Positions 41,777-50,700 of a stretch of 64,000 nt of DNA are shown here, one piece after another; position 1 is the first letter of the stretch, and each line of letters begins with the position of its first letter. The translations under genes were made by a program, and so were the position numbers. The DNA lies in IMG/VR virus record IMGVR_UViG_3300026484_000394, positions 33,198 through 97,197 of that record; one strand, written 5' to 3'. The notes under the pieces are model-generated. The model saw nothing but the letters and a program-made list of their open reading frames with translations. It was not told where the DNA came from and made no database searches. The stretch is from a virus.

Positions 41777-42100
41777 ATGTACACACCAATAGCTGTAGCT
41801 CAAAAACTGCGTGAAGCCGCAGGGGAGATTCGTAATCTAAAAGAAGAGAATGCTATTCTTTTACAAAAAGTGGCTGGTTTAGAGAATGCACCTGCTACAG
41901 CTGAGGTAATTGATCCTCAAGTCGCACTGCACAAAGAGGCGGCACAACAAGATGTGGGCTTTGGCTTCCGGGACGAACCATTAGGTTTTGGTTCAACTGT
42001 GGAGAAAATGCCTCAATTTTCATCAGCAAGTGATCTTTCAGCAGAGGAGCAATTAGATAGACTTCTAATGGGCGAATCTGATTCTGATTATCATGATTAA
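41777..42100 (+). CDS. small coiled-coil capsid-associated (scaffold-like) protein
   Basis: N-terminal coiled coil, LQKVAG and HKEAA motifs, acidic tail, two genes upstream of the MCP. Confidence 0.5.
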   Translation: MYTPIAVAQKLREAAGEIRNLKEENAILLQKVAGLENAPATAEVIDPQVALHKEAAQQDVGFGFRDEPLGFGSTVEKMPQFSSASDLSAEEQLDRLLMGESDSDYHD

Positions 42101-42117
42101 ACAATAAGGATTACAGT

Positions 42118-42552
42118 ATGGGATACCAAACTGAAAAGATTTTTGGAAAAAGAGAATACGTACATATCGTTTCTCCTGACTTTTTAAGCTTACCAAAGCT
42201 AGAGATGGAACTTGAAGACAATGTAAAAGTATCTTCAGGCGAATTTGTAAATGCTACAGGTGAGAAAATTACTCTAACTACTGAAAAGAAAGCTTTCTTT
42301 CTAGTGACAGAAGATTCACACTATAATGATATGTTATCTCGCCCTAAACCAGGTGGCGTAGCAGAGGGCTTCTTTGGAATGATGGTTATTCATACTAAAA
42401 GATACGATGAAGGCGACACAGCTTTTTCTGTAGGAGATGGTGTTACTATCATTGACGGAAAGATTGCTCACCTTGATGCAGACCATACTGTTAGAGTAGG
42501 TCAAATTGTAAAACGCGGCACTGATTGGCTAGCGATAACTTTAGGAGCATAA
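42118..42552 (+). CDS. putative capsid decoration/cement protein
   Basis: 144 aa immediately upstream of the MCP; FSVGDGVTIIDGKI...VGQIV beta-tulip-like pattern. Confidence 0.55.
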   Translation: MGYQTEKIFGKREYVHIVSPDFLSLPKLEMELEDNVKVSSGEFVNATGEKITLTTEKKAFFLVTEDSHYNDMLSRPKPGGVAEGFFGMMVIHTKRYDEGDTAFSVGDGVTIIDGKIAHLDADHTVRVGQIVKRGTDWLAITLGA

Positions 42553-42553
42553 T

Positions 42554-43531
42554 ATGCAACCAGCACAGTCACAAACAGTAAGTTCACAGCAATTCGTTTC
42601 GAGAATGTTTCAAGATGATGGTTTTGTAAAAGAAGCTGCAGAGAAAATCTCTCTATTTATCCGAGATAAGATTCGTGAAAAAGGCTTTGTTAGAAAAGTT
42701 TTAAAGGTTTCTCCTGTATCTGCAAAAGATTTAGTTCCTACGGAGCATACAGACCAACCAGCAATTATGATAGAAAGAGATGTTGATGCTCGTGCAATGA
42801 CAGTTCCTCTTCGTGGTCGTGGTGAATTCAGATACCATGAAACAGACAGATATACTGTTTATTTCCAAAAAATTGTTTCTGAAAAAATCAGAAAATCAAA
42901 AATGGAAATGATGACAGTTAAAACTGACTACAAAAAACTTTTCCGTGATCGTATCTCTGAAGCAATGTTTCATGTTGAAGATATGACTATGATGGGTGGG
43001 GTTTCTAAAGTTCTTGCGGATGAAGAAGCTGAATTCAAAGCAGCAAATGGTGGAAATCTTTCTACTCAAGGGAATAAAAAATTCTCTGCTCAAACTGTTT
43101 ATTTTGACGAAGGGGAAACACTAGATAAATCTAATTTAGTTTTCTTATTCCAAATGCCTACTCGTAACCGTATCGCTAACAAAACTGTACTATTAACAGA
43201 GACTCTTATTCAAGAGTTAATGCATATGACTATGCAAGAAGTTGGTGACAGTGTTGTTTCTCAAATGTGGAAAGATGGAGTAGATAATATATCTGACTTC
43301 TGGAACAAGAAAATTGTTACTACAATTAAGTCTGACTTAGTTAAAAATAATGAGATTTATGCTTTTGCTCCAGAAGAAATGTATGGACACTTCTTTGTTC
43401 TTCAAGATCACACTTCTTACATCGAAGTTGACAGAGACATGATGACAATGGATAGTGAAGCTTATATTGCTCATGCAATTGGTAATACGAAAGGTGTGTA
43501 CAGAGGTGTGTTCTCTGGACTAGAAGAGTAA
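42554..43531 (+). CDS. major capsid protein (HK97-fold, inferred)
   Basis: 325 aa, strongly biased codon usage, position after terminase and decoration genes; FIRDKIREKGFVRKVL, IYAFAPEEMYG, AIGNTKGV. Confidence 0.72.
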   Translation: MQPAQSQTVSSQQFVSRMFQDDGFVKEAAEKISLFIRDKIREKGFVRKVLKVSPVSAKDLVPTEHTDQPAIMIERDVDARAMTVPLRGRGEFRYHETDRYTVYFQKIVSEKIRKSKMEMMTVKTDYKKLFRDRISEAMFHVEDMTMMGGVSKVLADEEAEFKAANGGNLSTQGNKKFSAQTVYFDEGETLDKSNLVFLFQMPTRNRIANKTVLLTETLIQELMHMTMQEVGDSVVSQMWKDGVDNISDFWNKKIVTTIKSDLVKNNEIYAFAPEEMYGHFFVLQDHTSYIEVDRDMMTMDSEAYIAHAIGNTKGVYRGVFSGLEE

Positions 43532-43541
43532 GGTCTATAAA

Positions 43542-43838
43542 ATGATTGCACTCACACATATATTAACAAACTTAACAGATAAGCCTGTTTCTATTGGGCT
43601 TACTACGATTGAGCCTGGTAAATCAGGTTCTGTAAGTGATAAGCATTTCCAAAGAAAGCTTGCTTATGTTAGCCGTATGGTTAAGGAAGGTAAATTAAGC
43701 TTTGGTAGTCCAGTTGGTTCATATGTAGTGGGTAATGCTGATGAGGGAAATAAAACTCCTTCATCTACGCAAGAGCCTGTTACCAAAGAAAACCCTCTAG
43801 ATACTATTGAAAGTGTACTTATTAAACAACCTAATTAA
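43542..43838 (+). CDS. small hypothetical protein following MCP
   Basis: 98 aa with AAGG RBS. Confidence 0.65.
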   Translation: MIALTHILTNLTDKPVSIGLTTIEPGKSGSVSDKHFQRKLAYVSRMVKEGKLSFGSPVGSYVVGNADEGNKTPSSTQEPVTKENPLDTIESVLIKQPN

Positions 43839-43949
43839 GGAACTCCACGATGACTATCAATCCCCATTCTCGGGCAAAAATAGAAAAGACTATCTTTGCA
43901 CACCTATTAAGTATGTATATTAAAAAGCTTATATTAGAAGGAGGCTTGG

Positions 43950-44921
43950 ATGTTAGTGGATGTAATTAGTGATACAGATCACAGTACATTAAGAGAGAAA
44001 CTCGCTTCTTCTAATGAACTTCGGCAGCGAGTCGCTTCAATAGGCGAGTTACCATCAAAAAAAAGAGATGAGCTAGTAAAAGAGGCTTTCGCATGGCCGG
44101 AAGAAAAGCTATTTCCTATATATACTCCTGAGCATGCCCTTATTTCAAGTGTATACCTCGAAGGAAACAACAATGCACCTGACTTTGTGAAAACTGCTTG
44201 TCAAGAGAGTTGTGCTATATACGGAATAGATGTAGAAATCTCTAACCTAACTAAGGTTGCCTCACAAGAGATAGCATTAACTCCAGATGACTTCGCTATA
44301 CCGAGCAGATTAAAACTACCTCTCGTGGATAAAGATAGCTTCAGGTTGTCTCGCCATGAATTCGAAAAGTGTGCCAATGAATTATCTTTTGAAGAATTGG
44401 TTTTAGGAGCAACTCAACTAGAGAAAAAAGCCTCGATTTTCGGAGAAGAGTCTAGTGATGAGATACGCACTTGGACCTTAAAAGGAAGCGTGCCTATTGC
44501 TGAGGCAAAAAGCATATTAGATGAGAGATATGTAGAAACTGCTAATCCTGATTACATTAAAATTGCAGAGAGTCTTGCCGGCGAAACTCTACGTTCACAA
44601 GAGGCTGTAGCAAATTTCCTTTTTGATGTTGTATCTGTAGACGGAGAATCTCATATCGAAAAGAGTGCTTCTGAAGCAATAGCTGAATTTATGACCTCTC
44701 CTCAATATGGAGAAACAATTGTGTTATATGGAGAAGAGCTAGATTTGGAGAAAGTTGCGAGTATAGATGCCGAAGACTGGACCAACGTATTCTCTATGGA
44801 TACAGTAGAAGCTCTTTTTCAAGAAGGTACTTTAGATACTGCCTTATTGCAAGACATTGAGAAAAATGCAAGCGAAGAAGAAAAACAAGCTATAATAAGC
44901 TTTGTGGTTAACACTCAATAA
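43950..44921 (+). CDS. putative head protein with two FAxP-x3-(F/L)P repeats and ~10 K-x-A motifs
   Basis: AFAWPEEKLFPI and DFAIPSRLKLPL; EKLAS, TKVAS, EKKAS, EKSAS, EKVAS, EKNAS; AAGGAGG RBS. Confidence 0.65.
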   Translation: MLVDVISDTDHSTLREKLASSNELRQRVASIGELPSKKRDELVKEAFAWPEEKLFPIYTPEHALISSVYLEGNNNAPDFVKTACQESCAIYGIDVEISNLTKVASQEIALTPDDFAIPSRLKLPLVDKDSFRLSRHEFEKCANELSFEELVLGATQLEKKASIFGEESSDEIRTWTLKGSVPIAEAKSILDERYVETANPDYIKIAESLAGETLRSQEAVANFLFDVVSVDGESHIEKSASEAIAEFMTSPQYGETIVLYGEELDLEKVASIDAEDWTNVFSMDTVEALFQEGTLDTALLQDIEKNASEEEKQAIISFVVNTQ

Positions 44922-44940
44922 TTCCAACTAAGGAGAAGTT

Positions 44941-45201
44941 ATGGCTGAAGTAATGATTGACTATAACGAAGTCAAAGAACACAGTTTCTCTCCGTTTTTC
45001 GGAGCAGGAACTGCAAAAATGGTAGACGATATATATCGTAACGAGGGCTCAAAAATTACAGCTACAGGCCTTGTAGACGATATGGATACTATTTCAAACG
45101 CTAATGAAGGTACAAGAGCTGTAATTAGTGCACAAGTGAGTGGTATCGCAGGGTATCACAGATTCCAAGGGCAAGTACAACAAGTACAATTGCCTCTATA
45201 A
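44941..45201 (+). CDS. small hypothetical protein
   Basis: 86 aa, AAGGAG RBS. Confidence 0.7.
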   Translation: MAEVMIDYNEVKEHSFSPFFGAGTAKMVDDIYRNEGSKITATGLVDDMDTISNANEGTRAVISAQVSGIAGYHRFQGQVQQVQLPL

Positions 45202-45220
45202 ATATAGGAGGGACTTTATT

Positions 45221-45526
45221 ATGGCATTAGTACCTACATCAAAGCCTTCTGTAGATTCAGAGGGTTTACTTAAAGGTCTAGGAGTAAAAGTGAATGGGTC
45301 TGTGCAAGCAATGCACAAAAATGAACCTATTTTCGGAATAGGAAATCAGAATTTGCAAGGATATGTAGCCCTTAAAATGTATGAGCAACACACTGCCGAT
45401 GTAATAGATCAATCTGTTGCTGACAGTGGAGAGCGTGTACTTCAAGAAGGGCAATCATATAGCTCAGGCAAGCCGTATATCACACACAATAAAGTGTGGA
45501 TAGATGACATAGTAAGAGCCACTTAA
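45221..45526 (+). CDS. small hypothetical protein
   Basis: AGGAGG RBS before ATG 45221 (track start 45140 is too long). Confidence 0.68.
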   Translation: MALVPTSKPSVDSEGLLKGLGVKVNGSVQAMHKNEPIFGIGNQNLQGYVALKMYEQHTADVIDQSVADSGERVLQEGQSYSSGKPYITHNKVWIDDIVRAT

Positions 45527-46134
45527 TGATTCGAGAGCATCAAAGTACAATAGACTACTTTAGGAGGGTGTATTCCAATGACATCCCTCCTGCTCAATTG
45601 GACTACAAATTATTCAAATACTCGCAAGAAGCTGCAAAGTCTTTTGACCCCAAGAAAAATGCATCATTTAAAACTCACCTATCTAATCACTTAGCTAAGC
45701 TAAAGAGAGATGTACATTCTTCTGGTTCAACAATCAAGACTGGAGAAGAAGTTGGTTACAGTATCCACCGAATTAAGAGAGCCAAAGATGAGTTTTACAT
45801 GGTACATGGCAGAGAACCTGAAAATGCAGAAATTGCAAAAGCTGTCAACCTGTCTGAGAAGATAGTGGGGAAGTATGACCGAATGTCGTCTATAAAAGCT
45901 GTTCGTTCAGACACAGCAGATAGGGGTTCTATGTCTGTAAAAATGAATGAACTGCTCCCTAACCTAAACAAAACGGACAAAGCTATAGTAAGAACGATTA
46001 CTGGTGATATGGGAGTGTCTGAGGCTTTGAAGCACACTGGATTAAGCAAGTCTTCATTCTATAGAAAAAGGGACTTATTATCTTCTGATATGAAAGAGTC
46101 ATATCTTAGAATGAGAGAAAAGAATACACAATGA
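45526..46134 (+). CDS. phage sigma70-family sigma factor
   Basis: Region 2 EAAKSFDPKKNASFKTHL, region 3 HGREPENAEIAKAVNLSEKIV, region-4-like HTH VSEALKHTGLSKSSFYRKR. Confidence 0.82.
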   Translation: MIREHQSTIDYFRRVYSNDIPPAQLDYKLFKYSQEAAKSFDPKKNASFKTHLSNHLAKLKRDVHSSGSTIKTGEEVGYSIHRIKRAKDEFYMVHGREPENAEIAKAVNLSEKIVGKYDRMSSIKAVRSDTADRGSMSVKMNELLPNLNKTDKAIVRTITGDMGVSEALKHTGLSKSSFYRKRDLLSSDMKESYLRMREKNTQ

Positions 46135-46589
46135 CAGCGAAAGTTTCGACATTAGTTAGTACGATATTTGTGCCTAAGCAACTCGACTCGTACTCGGTTC
46201 AGGAGATAAATGATATGTTTGAAAGCATAGAGAAATCTTTCAACTACATATTGAATAAAATACGAGAACAAGGATTTTATATGGACGACATGAAACTGAA
46301 AAGAGTTAGTAGCATCGTAGATATGGCTACTGTATCGAATGAAAATATTGATAGCATTAATGAATACATATCTTCTATGAATAATGCTCTTGCTGGAGAC
46401 TACTTCTTATCTAAAGAAATTTTAGAAGTCTCTCAAATTTCATTAAGGAATGAAACTTTTTCAGCTTCAGTAAGTGTGCAGCCAAAAGTAGTTTCTGTAG
46501 CACTCTCTTCTGGAGAAGTTGTTACTGTCGGTACTACTGGAGTTGTTATTCAAAATGGAACAGATAGCAAGGAGATTTTGTATGATTAG
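46131..46589 (+). CDS. hypothetical protein
   Basis: 152 aa, ATGA-coupled to the sigma gene. Confidence 0.68.
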   Translation: MTAKVSTLVSTIFVPKQLDSYSVQEINDMFESIEKSFNYILNKIREQGFYMDDMKLKRVSSIVDMATVSNENIDSINEYISSMNNALAGDYFLSKEILEVSQISLRNETFSASVSVQPKVVSVALSSGEVVTVGTTGVVIQNGTDSKEILYD

Positions 46590-47373
46590 AGTCTCTGTAA
46601 CTGATGGCACTTCAACCTCTTTCCGATTCGTGCTTAATTCTGACATTGATTTTGACCAGGCTGATTTGTATCTGACTACAGAGGGCGAGCAGATGCATGT
46701 AGATTCTGTTACTGAAGCAGGCTCTCTCGGACTATATCAAATCCTATTTATCAACCCTGAGACAGGTGTTTTTTCGGTTAATCTAAATGAAGTTCAGTTT
46801 GAGACTATTTATTACAAAGATTTTAAAGTAGTCTTTCTGAAAGACAATGAGACTATTGATGAAACAGTTTCTTTTCAAGTTACACCAATTGGTGCAGAAC
46901 CACTATATGGTGTAGTAAACAAACTAAGATTTGATTTTGAAAAACTAGCAACTCTTTCTGGAGTTCAGATTAGAGTATTTTTACCAAATCTTCTTTCTCA
47001 AAAATGTCCCGATTGTTGGGACGAAGAACTAGGTCAAGCGATCTCTTCATCATGTAATTCTTGTGGAGGAGATTCTGTATTAGAAAAATATCGACCACTA
47101 GATATAATCGCTAGAAAAATCAAAACACAAGCGAAGCAACAATATGATACTGCAGGGATTGATGAGAGAGAAAGTGTTATATTTAATACTTATGCTAGGG
47201 CAGACTTTATTAAAGGTATTATCGTGGCTGATTTGACCTCTAAACAGTTCTATGAGATAGCAGAACGAACTGTTGCCAATATCGGAGGCATTCGCACTTC
47301 TACTACACTTGTAGTTGCTCTGATTAAGTCAAGTGATTCCAGAGTAAAGAAGCTTATTCCACTTTTATACTAG
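46582..47373 (+). CDS. putative neck/head-closure protein with Cys4 zinc motif
   Basis: KCPDCWDEELGQAISSSCNSCGG; AAGGAG RBS before ATG 46582. Confidence 0.5.
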   Translation: MIRVSVTDGTSTSFRFVLNSDIDFDQADLYLTTEGEQMHVDSVTEAGSLGLYQILFINPETGVFSVNLNEVQFETIYYKDFKVVFLKDNETIDETVSFQVTPIGAEPLYGVVNKLRFDFEKLATLSGVQIRVFLPNLLSQKCPDCWDEELGQAISSSCNSCGGDSVLEKYRPLDIIARKIKTQAKQQYDTAGIDERESVIFNTYARADFIKGIIVADLTSKQFYEIAERTVANIGGIRTSTTLVVALIKSSDSRVKKLIPLLY

Positions 47374-47374
47374 A

Positions 47375-47785
47375 CTACTCTTGTAACCTAGCTTTTGGAA
47401 TAAGGCTACCCAGTCCATACTCTTGTATATATTTCTTCTTTTTTAATCCAGCTTTTTCTGTTTTCCATCTATGTTTTTGATTATCACTGCTAGTAACCCA
47501 CTCTAGGTTTGATTTACGGTGGTCACTTCTATCTGAGTTTTTATGATTCACTATTGGTAACCCTTCAGGATTATCTATAAAATGTGTTGCAGTTAAGCGA
47601 TGTATCTTTCTTTCAAACTTTCTACCATCTTTCATTAAGGTAACCTTTGGATACCCCATCCAGTTTCGACCACGAAGAGGTACCCCAGTTGCCTTAGAAC
47701 GGATGCCTTTGTTTGGATGTATCTCATATCTAGGGAAGTCATCTACCTCAACCCATCCACGAACACTAGCTCTTTCTATTGCCAT
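47375..47785 (-). CDS. free-standing HNH (NUMOD4-type) homing endonuclease
   Basis: WVEVDDFPRYEI, GYPKVTL, IHRLTATHFIDNPEGLPIVNHKNSDRSDHRKSNLEWVTSSDNQKH. Confidence 0.88.
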   Translation of the reverse strand: MAIERASVRGWVEVDDFPRYEIHPNKGIRSKATGVPLRGRNWMGYPKVTLMKDGRKFERKIHRLTATHFIDNPEGLPIVNHKNSDRSDHRKSNLEWVTSSDNQKHRWKTEKAGLKKKKYIQEYGLGSLIPKARLQE

Positions 47786-50700
47786 TTTTTTTCCTTGTTG
47801 TATCATAGAAACCGATAAATGGGTCTAGATCTATTCCCATCATCAAGTTATTTTTTTTAGCTGAATTCATCAGTTGCTTTGAGGCCATTATCTTAGTCTT
47901 CACATCCTGAATTGCTTTATGTCCAAAAGGAACATGAATACCAAGTTGGTCACCATCGTAATCGGCATTTTGACCGTCCTCAATTACTGCAGGAATATGC
48001 ATAACATTTCCTGAAGTCCTCGAAGCATAATGTCCCGTCATATTGTGTTTATGCAGAGAGGGTGCTCTATTTATTACAACAGGGATCTCTCTCATTGCAC
48101 TATCTAAAACTCGAGTAGCAGACTCATTTCTATTTTCTATCATCTTTTTTGATTCGTTTACTGGAATCCCCATTTGGGACATCTTTCTCACTACGTGAGG
48201 TTCATACATTGACCAAGCGACATTGTTTGGAAGTTCTATTTGGTCTATGCCCATGTTTTTTGTATGAGGGGCAATAACAGCTCTTCCTGAGCCAAACACT
48301 TTGTTTTTTAGTATTCTTTGATGCCAGAAAGATGTCTTTGGATTTTCTCCTGCCACAATATCCATAACACTCTTCAGTTCTTTTTTTTGACTCTTCTTGT
48401 TGGGAGATAGGTTTGTTCCATACATAGCACCTATATGCTCTTGCAGTTCTTTGTGTAACCCATTTACTATTTGAGCAGGAGCTTTAGCTTTTTTTGCCTC
48501 TTCAAGAGTATTTACAGAGTGTATGATGTTAGCATAATGCTCATTTACATCATGCTCAACTAAACTGCCGTTCGGAAGCTTTGTTGGGGGACGCATACTT
48601 GTAGGAAGAACAGGTATTTTTGATATAAACATTGTTTCTGATGGGCTTTGCTTTAAGCTATCTAGCTTCTTGATTGCTTTGATTGCTTTGATTGCTCTGT
48701 CTGCTTTTCCTACATCAGACGTATGTTTCACTTCTGATCGCAACTCTGCCAGCCTCTCGGTTGTATTAAGCTTACCTATCTTGTGGTACACTCCACTAAT
48801 TCCCTCGTGGTGAATATCTTTATCTAGTTCTGCTTCTGTCTTACCCAAGAGGCTTGCCACTGTCTTCTTGTAGAAAGGGTTAATTACTTTTTGCTTTAAA
48901 TCTATGTGTCCGTATTGACTTCCGTGTCCTCCAAAAATACGAGTATCGTAAAATCCTTTGTTTACGGGTTCCATTGTGTTTCTCTTCATCCCGTAAGGTT
49001 GGCTCACTCTCCCTATTGAAACTCTGGTTACATCCTTATCTGTCATTGGAATGGTATGAAGATGGTTGCCATCTGCATGAACTTTAATATTCATTTGCCC
49101 TAGAAGGCCATGAAATTTCTCTCTAGCAGATTTGGGCTCGGGAGGAGGAGGGATGTGCCCAGCCTCAAAAGCATTAAACCAATCCTTGTTTTCTTGAGAC
49201 TTCACACTTCCGACTTCTCTAAGAAAGTCTCTGGCGTTATGAGCAAGAAGAGCATTTATTTCCATGTTGGAAATTGAAGATGCAGATATCTTGCCACCTT
49301 TTTTTGGTTGTTTCATCCCATCTACTGGACCATGACCAATAGCCGAATAAGTGCCTTCCCCTTGCTTGAATAGCTTCAGGGTATTGTAATGTGCTACAAA
49401 CACTTTATCTTTGAGATGCTTCTTTCTTACTGGGTCGTATACCTTATGATATAGCTGCACACCATTTTTGTCTGCCTCTTGTTGAGCAAACTCAGATAAA
49501 TCATCGTTCGTATAATGAGGAAGTGAATATTTCTTTCCTGTCTTGTGTGCTACTTCTGTCAATGCTGCTTCGCTAATTTGAGCAGGATTTTGTCTTGAAG
49601 TTACCCCTGCTCCACCAAAAACTATATCCAGAGGTTTGCCTGTTTCATCAGTAGGCATCTCATGCATAGGTAATACACCTGAAATGATTCCCTTGTTCCC
49701 ACTTCGTCCAGCGACCTTATCTCCCTTTTTGAGTGGAGATTTATAGGTGGCTGTAATATGATAATTGTTGCCTCTCTTTTCTCTTGTTCTGATTACACCC
49801 GTCTCTTGTGTTTTCCACTTTGACATCTCAGGAGCATATCCACCATAAAGCAGTTTTTTTACCTTATCATTTTCAAAACGAACTTCACTAGGGTCCATTT
49901 TCCTAAATCCAAGAGTAATAGGCTCATCTTTACTAGCGGCTTCCCCTTCATTCATGATTCCGTGTGCATCATACTTGGACATATCAATTTTCTTAGCTAT
50001 CTCCGGAAACAGAGAAGCGAACTTCTGCTTGCTGTATTCCGTTCCAGTAGAGGCATCCGTTTTGAATCTAACACCATGTAGTGATGTCATCTTCTTAGCA
50101 GCATCTTCAGATACAATAAATGCATCATTCCTTGTTCCTGGAAACATCATCCAAGCAGCTCGAAGGTTTTTACCTAAAGCAAGCTCACCATCCTTGGTGA
50201 AATTTGAATCCACCAGAGCTTGACCTTTTTTTATCTTATCTCCAGCTTTTACTATTGGATAATGATCTATATATGTTTTTGTATTAAGTCTTAGTTTATC
50301 TTTTGCATAGTCTTGAGTTTGCTTAGTTCCGGCACTATCAGTATAATGAATTAGTCCATTCTTCTCATCTACTTTTGTCACTGTTCCGGAAGTATCAGCT
50401 GTCACTAAGTGGTGTTTAGCTAATTCTGCCGACATATTTCCATTCTTGCCCTGAAGCCGAACAGGATTGACATCTCTTTTTGCAAGAGGGAGGGCTTGAA
50501 GCACATGTTTTGAAGCCATCAGGCTTCTAGTAGGGTCGTTTGAGCTAATCATCCCTAGTGAGTTCATTGCAGGGCCATACATGTCTTCTGCATGAATCAG
50601 CTGATAGTCGGCACTTTTCAATCTTCCAACTTGAATATCATTCTTGTGTCTTATTCCCACACTTCCCTTGTGGTCATCAGGAAAGGCAATTTTCTTGTCC

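Noticed and set aside
303-47373. Numerous 60-150-aa ORFs antisense to or nested in long genes
   Set aside because: Shadow ORFs fully overlapping well-supported genes, without RBS or motifs
47375-47800. Group I intron carrying the HNH inside the RNAP gene
   Set aside because: No non-coding space for a ribozyme core and no downstream exon; the convergent gene ends 1 nt away
48670-48696. 9-bp triple repeat TTGATTGCT
   Set aside because: Encodes AIK-AIK-AIK in an RNAP helix; no independent function evident
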